The notes: generated by a model from the letters alone, not told the origin. Counted from the whole stretch's first letter, positions 12,561 through 24,676 are shown. The stretch: DNA of 63,127 nt, filler included, from Sphacelaria rigidula (GCA_964200075.2; 11 parts of 11 records of this genome joined end to end with filler, not necessarily neighbours in it), one strand, 5' to 3'. Made by a program: numbers and translations.

Positions 12561-13631
12561 TCCCCTTGCGCGAAGGGTCTACCTTGGATTGGAGTTGAGG
12601 TCAAAGCTAGGCCTCGAGGTTTGACAATATATATATATATATATATATACGCCTGGGTATGCTGAAGTATGGATCTCGGGTGCAGAATGGGTAAAAATAC
12701 ATCAACACAGAGTAATGCACTACAGTAACGACACAGTCAAGTAGAGTACAACGCAGTAGAGAACAGGGTGAAGTACGACACGTGAATTATATACAGTACA
12801 GTATACCAGTTGCACGAGGAGCAACGATGTTCGTCCGAGTAAAATGTTGTAACCGTACGGAAGCGAGTTACTCCTCCATCCTTGTTGGCGCAAGTTCAAC
12901 AAAAACAAATAGTGAACGTTTGTTTTGCCGCTTGAACTTTCGTGCGAGGTCTAACAAGGGAAGGTCAACCATTCGATAGGTGGATAATATACTTCACATC
13001 TCCGAATGTGGTGCGCTGAAGATCACCGCGAATTTGCGGCGGCGGGAGTCGGGGCGGGGGCGGGGACCGGGGGGGTGAGCTAAAGAGGTCCAACTCTCAA
13101 CACTCTTAGTATGGGTAAGCAAAAAGGACGGATGACAACAACGTGGTGTAGCGGCAAGAATGCCTCGAAGGCAGCCAGCCAGCTGAACGGCGTCCATGTC
13201 CAACAATAGAAGGCGCACACAACAGAAGGGTATTTCACAAACAACCTGCGGTAAAAATGGTACACTGTACAGTTTTCGCATACATCCTCCGCAAGCGCAT
13301 CGAGCACCAAATGGCACTGGAGTAGGGGCAATTACCGCTGCATATCATGATGCACTATCTACGGTACGAAGAGAACGCACACATAATCCTGCATATCATC
13401 GTTCTCAGGAGCCCTACCGGCTGCATCCAGTGCATGTGTAGCCCCTTTGGAACCCACTGACGATTTTTGTTTTCGTGAATCAGCATCATTTTGACTTGAA
13501 AATGACTGGAAATGATGCCGAGTCACGAAACAAAAATCGTCAATGGGTTCCACAAGGGTTCCCAGGTATCTCTGAGCGCGTTTGTTCGTTCCGAAAGTCT
13601 CGAAGGCATCGGCATCAAAACTGTCACTTAC

Positions 13632-13829
13632 GCAAGATTCGAGTGTCAGTCGTTCGAGCTGGGCAAGGTGCATACTGTACGGTATCATCTATGTGCTGTG
13701 TGCGAGCAAAGTCCCTGCTCTGACTCACCGCCTGCGGGTCGTAGATGTGCGTGACGATCGATATCGAAGAGCAATCCCCTGTGACTTCCTGGAAGTCGGC
13801 ATCGCACCCGCCCAAGACTAGCATCTCCG
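13632..13829 (-). CDS. Exon 3 (or exons 3+4 split by a 54-nt intron at 13675-13728) of the predicted secreted protein (EMLVLGGCDADFQEVTGDCSS...YAPCPARTTDTRIL)
   Basis: TGCAG acceptor in phase 1 continues exon 2 in frame; GTGAGT donor at 13728 and GTAAGT donor at 13631. Confidence 0.55.
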
Positions 13830-14497
13830 CTGCACGTACACGTACGCGCACACGACGAGTAACGACTGGACGGTTCAGCATAGAGTATGGTATACAGCAC
13901 AGACCGCACATTGGTACCCGTATCGCACACTACGCCATCAATCGAGGTGAAAGTGTATAGTATTTGTACAATGCAAGTGTTGCCCCACACTTGTCGAATG
14001 AGAAATTGTAGAGCACGATGCACTTGGATGCACAACAAATATATGAGCTGAGGTGCACTGAAACACGCCCGGGAGGGAAATGAGAGGAATAGAAATATAT
14101 ATATATATATATGTATAAGGACATGAGGAGCAGCGGTTTAATCATCAATCCGTTTCGCTGATACCCATCGACGGTACTGTATTGGTTGGTGAGAGCATGC
14201 CATCTTGATCTCGTCTTTAGTAGTTGACAGGAATCGAGTAGGGAACGGTTAGCTATCACATTCAGCACGAATGAACATGATACCGAAAGTGCGAGTTGGA
14301 CTTGACCTACCCTCCAACTCCTCAAATAGTTTCTGCTGCTCTCACAAATCCAAACAAAGTACTCGCATTTCCCTGAACAAAATACTTGTCGTACATCAGT
14401 ATTAGTCAACCACTTGACCGACAGGGTGGATGAGCTATTGAATCGGCATCACTTTCCCCCCACGGTGATTGATCGTGAGACCCCTTAGACCGCGATG

Positions 14498-14501
14498 CGG
14501 G

Positions 14502-14532
<31 letters not shown>
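14498..14532. repeat. (GTT)n microsatellite, possibly the (AAC)n tail of a minus-strand non-LTR element
   Basis: About 11 GTT units seen directly. Confidence 0.85.
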
Positions 14533-15266
14533 CTTCACATTAAAAGCCGTTCCGATATCTGCGCGGTACATTGGTACTGGGCATCTTATGCGGACGCCTT
14601 CCGTGGTAAGTCCATCTGGATCACGGATACTTTACTAAAGTGAAACTGATGCCAATGCAACAAATGGCCTTCCCTCGCGGTCCAAGGGTCAAGTTTGCAA
14701 CAATCATTCCAGTCGTCCGATCAAACGATGTCGCATTATGAGAATCACAGGGTGGATGAATTGTACAGCACGGCGCTGCTGTATGTCTGTCTACACTGTC
14801 GCTGTTCAAGAGAGGTTGGATCTAACCAAAGAGTAGCCCAGTGTACATGATGTAGCTAACGGCGATGAAACAATACAAGTACAAACGACCGCAGTGGCTC
14901 GTAACAACGAACGGCCAGCACAACCACCATGGTAACAGTTGTTATAACATGCGACATTCAAAGTGAAGGCCAGCTGGCAGATACCACAAAAAAACACCGA
15001 TATGTAGCAAATAATAGTTCTTGATTGTCTGGGAGTGTAGCTGAAGTTGTGCGGAGACCAAAAAGCGGGCAAGACCTCTTATTGCAGGATACGAAGTGCC
15101 TCACATTCATCACCAGGCGGGTGAATCAGCAACACACGTTTACTGCTTCACTACAATAAAAGCACCTGCGTCCGAGTACCTCAAATCAGATACGTCCCCA
15201 AGACGTACCTCATTTTACTTCACGATCTTTGTATGCACGTGAAAAACTGAATAATTCAAGACTCAC

Positions 15267-15390
15267 TGTTGTTCAAACCATCTACGATATCGCTGTCGAA
15301 GGTGATGCAAAGGGAGTCGCTGGCTTGGTTCGGCAGCTGGGACACATCTTGAGACCACTCCCAGCGGTACCGGTCAGTACAAAAGAAGAA
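15267..15390 (-). CDS. Exon 2 of the predicted secreted protein (FFFCTDRYRWEWSQ...CITFDSDIVDGLNN)
   Basis: CACAG acceptor, GTGAGT donor, open frame, phase 0 to phase 1. Confidence 0.6.
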
Positions 15391-15816
15391 CTGTGGGGTG
15401 GCGGCAGCGGTAGCAAGAGGCACGGACGGCTGAGCAAACGCAGGGTGAAAACGCGGTGTATTTACTGCTCTGATAGTAGGCGTACACTGAGACTGCCCCC
15501 GTACTGCCGTCTCATCTGTACAGGGGACATTCGTATCCAGATAACCCGCTACTACAATACAACAGGACAGTAGCAGGATTGAAAACAACTGCCAGTAGAG
15601 TCTCTCATCATTGTGAGATACATGATCCAGCAAGACTGTCTGCGATCGCGACCAGTAAACTTTGTGGTGCAGTTGGTCAGTAGCCTGTAATTGTGAATGT
15701 CCTCGGTTATTTTGACAAGCGTACTGTACATACACGAGCGATGCGTTGCAAGTGACACGATACAGCACATGTAAAGCACTACAACTGCTGCATCCGACAA
15801 AAATTAGAGACTTCAC

Positions 15817-15939
15817 CTCCTCGTCTCCGTTCCCTGTAACACATGTGTCATCAATCGTCCCCACGTCGCAGTCGTCGGCGTGACTGTGCAACACAGAGCC
15901 GATACACAACAGTAAGGATAACTTGGCTGAGGATAACAT
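15817..15939 (-). CDS. Exon 1 of a predicted secreted protein (signal peptide, then DDCDVGTIDDTCVTGNGDEE)
   Basis: ATG at 15939; hydrophobic MLSSAKLSLLLCIGSVLHSHA; GAG|GTGAAG donor in phase 0 matches exon 2. Confidence 0.55.
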
Positions 15940-17033
15940 GCTGCTCAAGATGAGTCAGGCAAGTAGTATAAGGAGCTGATGTGTTGGTCCCTCGGGAGTG
16001 TAGATGGACTGTTGTGTTCTCGGTGTGGGCAGTGACGAGCTACGATGTGGGGATAACACGCCCTGAGCTCATGTTCATCTAGGTCGAGTTAGGGGCTTCG
16101 GATCCTGGAAGAAAACGGCGGTGCTTTTGTCCTGTAGGAATGTGTGACGTCACGTCAAGTCAATGTTTCAAAAGAAGTACGATCCACACCCGCACTACAG
16201 GTGATGTGTGAGAAAATCAGTCCCGCAAGTGAAAAACACATTGGTTGACCGTGCCAGGGCTGTGCTATGCAGTCTTCGCGAATTCGAGAAGAGCACGGCT
16301 GTTAGAGAATTATTTCCGGCTCGCTTAGCAGCACGCCCCCTTACGAATTGTACTCAGCGTATGTATTTCGAATTTGCGATCATTGTACAGTTTGATCGTC
16401 CCCATCTTGGCAGTCTCGAGATGGAAAAGGCTGCGGTGTGCGAATGGATGTAATTGCGTGAGAAAATATCGGTCGAATACTCGCGGATTGAAATACGTAG
16501 CCAGACGATAAATTGGGAACGCAGAGAACAAGAGGTCATTCAAGTGCGCACCACCGTCCGTTCACTGTTTTCAGTATGGACACCAGCGTCGTTCGAGTTT
16601 CTCACGACGCATTGCAGTTCAACCCTCTGACTGTCGAAGCGTTCGCGCATCGGTTGCATCGTAGTGGAGGGGTACAAAGTGCGACCAATAAAAAAGTATA
16701 CAGCTGGTGTAAAACTCGACGAGACGTAAGGTTCATTTTGTGGCACTTCATCCTCAGCAGGAGTCAGTATCATTTTCACCTCGAGCGTAGTCTTTTTGGA
16801 TCTGCCTACTTTCTTCGCGTGATTTTGGTGCCGATTCAACAGATGACATACTCTCGCCCTGAAGGAGTTATTTCTTCACGGTAGCTGGGCTCAATTTGGC
16901 TCCATTAGAGCATCTCCATTTTTAGATACCTCTATTTTCCTTCAGTGCGCTACAAGTACTCGAGATGCACAACCCCTTGGAAGTCGAGGGTTGGAATGCG
17001 CGAATTTCTGCTATAGTTTGACGACGCAAGTAG

Positions 17034-17146
17034 CCGGTGGCCCCGACAGCTCAGTTGGTAACCCAGAAGGGTCGGACACATCGATGATTCGTCTGGAAAT
17101 TAGTTGGTTTTAGTGTGAATGATTCGAATCGTACGAATCAATCCCT
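17034..17146 (+). mobile_element. tRNA-derived SINE-like head, second copy, at the contig end
   Basis: CCGGTGGCCCCGACAGCTCAGTTGGTAACC aligns to CCGGTCGCCCCGGTGACTCAGTTGGTAACC at 11296. Confidence 0.45.
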
Positions 17147-18324
17147 NNNNNNNNNNNNNNNNNNNNNNNNNNNNNNNNNNNNNNNNNNNNTTAATTAATT
17201 AANNNNNNNNNNNNNNNNNNNNNNNNNNNNNNNNNNNNNNNNNNNNCGCGTTTATGGCCCTCCCCTCGCGGACCGTTTTTGCCCGGTTGGGGGGGGGGGG
17301 GTATCTCGGCAGCAGTCCGCCTCTTCTTACCTGTCGCCGACGCGAAGATCAATTTCTCTCTGCCTCTCTTTTTAGACAAGACGCGCCTCCGTGCGCTGAA
17401 AAACGTGTCGTTGAAAAAATAGGGCAATGTTCCCGCCACCACTACTGTTCTCTGTCACACACATGCCAGCAAGGGCGGTGGTGCGGCAATAACAGACAGA
17501 TCCAATTTGAACTTAGGGGGTGTTATTTATCGTTGATTTTCGCCGACCTCCCCCAACCGGGTGGCCGAGCAGAAGGGCGTGCCACACGCCAGTTGAGGGG
17601 GGTGTATGAGATATCAAACACTTGCAGAAACCTTTTTGACATGCGGAGTGGAAAAAGATACCTATGGTGGTGACCTAACTGTTGCTAGCGTGGCGTATAG
17701 ACAATCTGCAGCACACGCTGGTCGCGTGAACAGCTCGGTACAGTACGAGTAGCTTCCCATAAGTAATAATTATTCCGATGTCAGGAGGTCATGGGTTATT
17801 GCAAGTTGGGAGGAGAGACGAGAGTGCTCTACGATCAACCGCATGTCGTTGCATTCGAGACCCACGCCATCAACCGCCGACAGCAAGGGTCTTGTGGCTT
17901 TCACGCGACGCTATCGGCTGTACGGCAGGCAAACCGGACCATGAGCTACCTTTCGTTGCTCTACCGCACGTCCGTCCGTCTACTCATAGGTGGTCACGGT
18001 AACAAACTGCACCGAAGTTGCAAGACCTGTGAAAGCTATAGAGTTTGATTTTTATGATCTGCATCCACAAAATTAAAACGGTTCTCGAAACCTGAAGAAA
18101 GGTGGCCGCTTCGGGTCCAGTTAAACATCCGAAGAAACCATCGAACAGCAATACCAAACTTTTCTGGGATCGGCATCAGGCAGTGCTTGAAGAACGGAAC
18201 AGAAATCAACAAGTTACCGTTCGTATTAGAAATCAATGCGCATGGAACGCTTTGCAGGTTGGAAAAAATGGATTTTGATTGAAAGGAACTTCTCCGGGCC
18301 CCCATTTGTGTTGTATCCGCCTGT

Positions 18325-19535
18325 AAAAGTCTTCCTTCTCGAGCAGCGTAGAGCGGTTTCCGAGTGGGTGGACGTGTTGCCGGCGATGCAACGGGCGCTT
18401 AATACAGCGTATCGTCGTCGTTACGAAAGTTCGCCGTAAACACTGGGTCTTACAAACTGGGGATGGATCTTTTATCGGGGATGAGAAACCCGGAGAACTG
18501 AAATCTTCGTATCCACACCAAATCTCCGGAATATGGTTCCATTTCTTCACCTTCTGATAGCTATTGACAACTGCTACACGCCATACAAATTTGGATTTCG
18601 ATCACCGAAATGTTGGGGTCCGAGGTACAAAACCACTTTTAGGGAATTTCGGGTGTCCTATCCGGACGCCGAAATGGTTCCGAAATCGGTTTTTCACCTT
18701 GGATTCTAAATTTTTGTTGATCGAAATTCCAATTCCTACGGCGTGTGGCAGTTGTCAATAGCTATCAGTAGGTGAAGAGATGGAACCGTATTTCGGAGAT
18801 CTGGTGTGGATACGAAGATTTCAATTCTCCGGGTTTCTCATCCTCAGTAAAAGATCCATCCCCAATTTGTAACATCCCGTGTTCGTACCACGTGATGTTT
18901 GGTCATGCCCCTGGGACGTCTTTCTCGGTGCTGGCGTCTTCGTCGGCGGGGGAATGGAAGTGTGATGTTCTGGGCTATGTTCAAATCAAGAGTGCATTGC
19001 AAGGAGTCTTGGACTTGCAAGAACGTTTCCACGTTCAAGTGCAGGTACGTATTGCTGCTGACTGTGCCGATAGACGTGAGGGATCCTCGTCGGGGCTGGG
19101 ATTGCCGAATTTTGAGGTAGGCGACTATGTCTTGTATGCACGCGTGCGTCATCCCGGTGTTACGCCCAAGTTGATGGCGACTTGGACTGGTCCATGGAAA
19201 GTGGTTGGTGCTCACCACCCGCTCGTGTTTAAGATTCAGAACAATGTTTCGGGTCGTGTTCAGACCGCCCATGTAGCTCGTTCGCGTTTTTATGCAGACT
19301 CGCAGCTTAATGTTACGGCTGGCGTTGAGGACGTGTTCCAGCGTGCTTTCAATCAGGGGCAATTTCAGATGGCTAGTATTGTCCGAGTGGCAGAAGCAGA
19401 TGATCGTTCGTTGATCGTGTTGGTCGACTGGGTTGGTTTCGAAGTTGAGGAGCGTACATGGGAGCCTTTCAAGGGTATTTTTGAGGCCGCTCCGGAATTT
19501 CTTACGAAAGAATTGCGTCAATCGCGCGTGACACG
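18325..19535 (+). mobile_element. Ty3/gypsy integrase C-terminus with chromodomain, interrupted by a MITE and cut by a copia insertion
   Basis: WVDVLPAMQRALNT...SP|YHVMFG, FEVGDYV, KLMATWTGPW (GPY/F), VLVDWVGFEVEERTWEP. Confidence 0.9.
18439..18883. mobile_element. 445-bp foldback MITE with AACAC...GTGTT ends and 4-bp TSD CGTA
   Basis: Inverted arms of about 170-190 bp; CGTA at 18435-18438 and 18884-18887; excision restores integrase codons TCG CCG TAC CAC. Confidence 0.92.
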
Positions 19536-20000
19536 TGTTGCAAATTTAGAGAGTACAATCTAAGTTCATTGTGTGTGATTGAAAATGTCACTCCAAGATA
19601 CTGTATTATATAAGGGGCACGACTTGCATGTTGTTTGTCAAGGTTCAAGTGAGACTGTGAACCACGTATGTGTCGTTTCACTGTACCTTTTTCATGGTAA
19701 ATTAGGGTACTTTTTAAGATCTTCTGGTTTGCGTACAACATCGGTTTTTCTCCCGGGAGTGGAAAGTGTTGAGGCTCGCTCTCGCTCGCCACCGCTTTTC
19801 ACTCTCCCCAGCAACCCAGTTTTGCTTCAACAGCTCTCTCTTGCAAAAGAGGCTGTTTAATACTTTAGGCCAGAAGCGCCGAACAACACCATCTTGTTTT
19901 TCTACTTCACTGCTCCTCGCAAGTAGCTTCACCGCTACAGTGCAAGCCTCTGCTTAACTGTCTAGTGAGACAGTGCTGTGCCAGCGAATAATTTCCAACA
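19536..20000 (+). repeat. 5' LTR (465 bp) of the second copia element
   Basis: TGTTGCAAATT...AATTTCCAACA (10/11 inverted match), immediately followed by the PBS and then gag. Confidence 0.88.
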
Positions 20001-20011
20001 GGTTATGAGCC
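20001..20011 (+). promoter_or_regulatory. Primer-binding site GGTTATGAGCC (internal/half initiator tRNA-Met type)
   Basis: Abuts the LTR CA; complementary to the GGCUCAUAACC anticodon arm of tRNAiMet. Confidence 0.8.
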
Positions 20012-20768
20012 ATCGATTCGCGACCACATAGGTCTTCAGGTCATCAGCCTTCGGTTCGAGACTACATCGGTCGGCACGAGCGAGGAGGTATCACATCAAG
20101 GCCGCCACAGCAGCGACAATGAAGAGTTCAAGAATCCTAATCTTTCCAAAAGATCTGCAAGTGTGAAGAGAAAGTGTTATTAGTAACGTGAGGCAGATGA
20201 ATATGTCGGGAGAGCCATCTGTAACTCAGCTCATCAAGAGCATCAACAAGTTCGACGGTACAAAGTTCGTCGAGTGGTTGCGCTCTACGCGCGCTATCAT
20301 TTTTTTAAGTCGTCCGGGGATTGCGGATATCCTCAACGGGGTCGAACGCCCCGCGGAAATTCTCGAGGATGATGTTTCTGAGGTAGACCTGCCACAGCCA
20401 ACTGGCACAAGACCTAGCCCTGCTAGAACTCGTTCTCAAACCGCCCGCCAGCAGTCGTCCGTTCGACCGCATTTATCATCCGTGGAGGCAACCGCGGGGG
20501 ACGAGACGATAGCAACGGTGGACGGGACTGGACCTACTGAAGAAGACCATCATTCTACACAAGAATCTCGTTCTCCCAGCGTGATGTCACATGTAAGGCA
20601 GATTTCTAACACGCGTGAGATAAAGAGTTGGGACCGGTGCAATCAACAACTGTTCCACGTTCTGTACCTGCCTACAACCGGCCCTGCAGCGAGTTATTTG
20701 TTGCGTTTCCAGTCGAGGGGTTCAGAGAGACCAAACGGCAAACGTACCTGGGAGGCTTTAATTTCCAA

Positions 20769-20978
20769 GACACTTTCTACGATGCCCCCCCCCAAAATCA
20801 GCTAAAAGTGTCACGAAAAAAATGGCCATACAGCGNNNNNNNNNNGGCTAGAACGAACCCAAGCGTGGGAACTCCCAGCTTCTCGTTCTGCGCGGCTTTT
20901 CCCATATCGATTCACGTGAAGATTTTGCCTCTCGAAACCATGCGCTTTTTTTGGAGGGGGGCTATCGTAGAAAGTGTC
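20769..20978. mobile_element. MITE in copia gag with GACAC...GTGTC ends and 4-bp TSD CCAA; contains a small N gap
   Basis: TIR GACACTTTCTACGAT(G/AG)CCCCCC; CCAA at 20765-20768 and 20979-20982; excision restores I-S-K-Y-Q-N. Confidence 0.9.
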
Positions 20979-23875
20979 CCAAGTATCAAAATTCTTCGAA
21001 GCAGAGAATCAGGATCTTAATGAGAGAACTCAACAACGTCACTATGTCCCCAGGGCAAGACCCTGATACTTTCTTGATCAAAGTATATCAGCTTCGGGAC
21101 GAACTGGACAACGTTGGCGAGGTCATTTCCGAAGAAGGGCTGACTGACATAGTGATCGAAGGTTTAGCAAGCGAGTATGACCTCATCAAATACAGTGCGG
21201 AGCGTGATCCAGATCTCAGTATTCAGAGTATCGGAACAACAAGGCGAAATATGTATGCTAATTGCATGGCGCGAAGATTTACCTCCGGAAAATCGCATGA
21301 CCGCGATTCATCACTGCTGGTGGCATCACTGTCGAAGTCTTTGAATCAACCCCAGACATTCCGTGGAAATTGCTACACCTGCGGGAGGCCTGGACATCAG
21401 GCCAGAGTCTGTCTTTCTAAAATGCAGTCAAACCACGGGAACAGGCCTGTAAAATGGTGCAGTTTCCATCATACTGACACGCATGACGATTCTGAGTGTA
21501 TATCCCAACAGAACAGCGGGAATGCGATCAGCAACGCTGGGAACAATAATAACCATCACCGTCGTAGAAATCCCCACCATCGAAATAACAAGCGTGACAA
21601 CAGCAGCAGCAACAGCAGCAGTAGGAGCAACCACAGCATCAACATCGGTAGCAACAACGCCGACGGACATCAACCCCAAGCCACAGCCGTCGCCGATTCA
21701 GCTTCTACAGCTGCACCATGGAACAACAACGGCCTACAAACTTCTTCATCAACAGCTGCGACAGTGATAGATTCATCTTCACCACCAAACGGTATGGGAT
21801 TTTCTTTTCTTTCTGGTTCACATGTTACTGATACATCTGATCAGATTTCTTTGTAGTTAACAGTGGCTGGCGGCAGCACCGGACACTTTCTGGATGATCA
21901 GTTGCTTCCACACATCGAACGTGAAATGGTCGAGGTTGTCAAACTTGATCCCCCGATGACTATTTTAACAGCAGGACGCCATCTACTGCATGGTACAGCA
22001 AAAGGAGTTCTCAACACCGTCGTCATTAACTCTGAGGGGTACCAACGTTCTGTTCGGCTCCCAGCCGTGATTGTCCCAGGTTTGGGGAAGCATCTGTTCT
22101 CCCCTGTGCAAGCTCTTGCGAGGGGCGCTTCGACTATATTTTCTCACGAGTCCCATATCGACCTTGGGAAGTTTCAAGTGCCTATTAACAGTGACAGCAA
22201 CGGAGCGTTACAGTACATCAGCGTCAAAGTTTCTCGGAAACCAGGTGGTACGAATAATAGCTCAGCATTTACGGCTACAATTATGTCAGGAGAATCTATG
22301 GGCATCGGGACAGCCGTTGTTGCAGAAGCCATTCACCACGACATGCCGGGAGTTTCAGCAGCCATGTCTGCCACAGCGGGAGCAGACCCGGAAGATTTGT
22401 CGACCACGACAGGAGCAGACATCTGGCGTAGACGACTTGGACACCCCACGGAGCAGGTCATGTGCCGTCTACTGGATACTCCTGGATCAGGTGTGAACTT
22501 TGAGGGGTCACTGTCACCTTGTGTAACGTGCAAACTTGATAAAAGTGTACAGCAGGGCCACCCCAAGACTGTAGACTCCGCGAATATTTTGGAACAACTG
22601 CAACTGGTCAGTACTGACCTAACAGGACCGACCACGCTCATGGCGCAGCGGGGCTATCGTTACGTGGCAATTTTTTCACGGATCACTTCACGCGTATCAA
22701 GATAGTCTACTTCATCACAACGAAGAATCAGACCCTAACACGCTCTGCAGGTTCATCCAAGATTTGGCTATTCCTTTGGGACTCCGTGTACACTACCTGC
22801 GGTAAGACCGTGGGGGTGAATATATCGCGGACTACTTGAAGAAGTACTAACAGCCGATTTTCGAAAATGGGGTTGAAAACAAAAATGAGGTTAANNNNNN
22901 NNNNNNNNNNNNNNNNNNNNNNNNNNNNNNNNNNNNNNTTAATTAATTAANNNNNNNNNNNNNNNNNNNNNNNNNNNNNNNNNNNNNNNNNNNNCAAACG
23001 ACTAAGGCAAGCAACAAATGAGTACGCCCCCCCCACCCCCCACCCCCCGCCCCGCCCTGCCCTCCTCAAATTTGTGCGACCGTACAAGTTCCCTACTTTT
23101 GCGCTTTCAGTCGTCCGAATCAGTCGTTTGAGTATATACTGCTCCTCCGTCTTCTGCACACCGGTGGCGTGATGAGGAGCCTCGTTCCGACCTACTAAGA
23201 TTTACCTGATTGTCCGAGATGAAGTCATGGATCTTCTCCCGTTTCCTCTCTTCCTCATCTCTACTTGATCTTACAAGTGCTGTATATGCTGCGACCGCCT
23301 ATTTTTTCTGTGCTTGGCTAGGCTCTGTCCAGCTCAGCAAGTCACCACGAGCCATTTAATTCTTGATTTTTCCCCCGCACATTCATAGACAGTACTCTCA
23401 TGTTTTACCCGTACATTGCGGCCACGACGTGAAATTTTAAGGGATAGTTAGGCAATTGTTCTGGGGGCATGTTCAGGGTATACCACACCCGTCCTGCGGT
23501 TTCAAGCCTTACCGGCAAAGCCGACATTGACAAAAGCCCATTCTCGCGCCCCCCTAAACCGTACGAAAAAAGATGTTGCGAGTAGAAACTATCGGAACTG
23601 GGTTCGAGCACACCCGCGAGTCCCAATAACTTCAGTAACGGTGACATCATATATTAATTGTAAGTCCGAATTTAGGCACACCTCAAGTTGCAAACCTCGC
23701 AACAACCAGAGCACTTGAATGTCCTCAATCGATCGTTTGACTTCCGCTATGTGGCTCGTGCATAAGTTTCGGAGACCCCCCTCCCCCCCCCCCCCCCCCT
23801 TGGGCCGGCGGCCCGGCCCGACGCCCCGGCGTGTGGCAAGGAGGACCAGCTAAGCACGGCCAACANNNNNNNNNC

Positions 23876-23990
23876 GGTGCTCCGTCTCGAAAGGGATGCA
23901 TGGTCAATGGTCAAACGACTAAGGCAAGCAACAAATGAGTAGGCCTCCCCACTGGTCTTATGACTAAGGCATGCATGAACATGAGTACCC
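23876..23990 (+). repeat. Dispersed repeat module (TGCTCCGTCTCGAAAGGGATGC..GGTCAAACGACTAAGGCAAGCAACAAATGAGTAC); also at 22995-23040, 59065-59150 (-) and inside 36963-37379
   Basis: Direct sequence matches between the listed positions. Confidence 0.85.
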
Positions 23991-24045
23991 CCCCCCCCCG
24001 CCCCTTTTTCACATTTATCTTTCCCTGTTTCATGCGGATACACAG

Positions 24046-24202
24046 ATATCCCGAGGATCCTCGATGGTCGAAAGTCATCCCGTTTCTCATGAATCCCAAG
24101 TCTATTGCTATGGGGCAGCTCTACGGGCAATTCGATCCCGTGTCCCACGAGTGGACGGATGGAGTACTGGCAATCCAATACCGAAACGCCGCTTCCAACA
24201 AG
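24046..24202 (+). CDS. Axonemal dynein heavy chain, internal exon A (AAA2 region)
   Basis: [33 protein letters not shown] acceptor; GC donor. Confidence 0.93.
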
Positions 24203-24577
24203 GCAAGGAACCGTTGAGAAATGTACGTACGGTGAGCAGCTACAAGATCTGCAGCGGCTCTTTGCCGTATCAATCGCGATACATTTCGAGTGGGCTGAGA
24301 TCTGAAAGTTGTGCAAAGGGCATACCGACACTACTATTTAGCTGTGAAGCGTCATCACCCGGCCGTGAGGCTGCTTAAAGACTCAACATCGTTTTTCTAC
24401 ACTGACGCGGGGGCGTCGCCATGGTTGGTTCTCTGCCTCCTTTGCAACGGCATGGTGTTCATCATGGAGAGTCAGGGCCTGGTTCTTTGATTTAACGACC
24501 GGATGCTTTGGTTGAATGACCATACTCTATTTTTGTCACAGTCTCGGCTTTGGGCCTACCTCATACATGTTTCTCAG

Positions 24578-24676
24578 GTTGGTGAGCCGCAGGATCGCAA
24601 GTGGGTGCTATTCGACGGACCTGTGGACGCCATTTGGATCGAAAACATGAACACCGTGTTGGACGATAACAAAAAG
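24578..24676 (+). CDS. Axonemal dynein heavy chain, exon B
   Basis: [33 protein letters not shown] acceptor; GC donor. Confidence 0.96.

Larger units (their letters stand above)
19536..22850 (+). mobile_element. Ty1/copia element 5' half (LTR, PBS, gag, protease, integrase N-part), degraded
   Basis: Gag KFDGTKFVEW and MSPGQDPDTF; CCHC knuckle CYTCGRPGHQARVC; stop at 21854; mutated protease VAGGSTGH; WRRRLGH..CVTC; STDLTGP. Confidence 0.93.
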
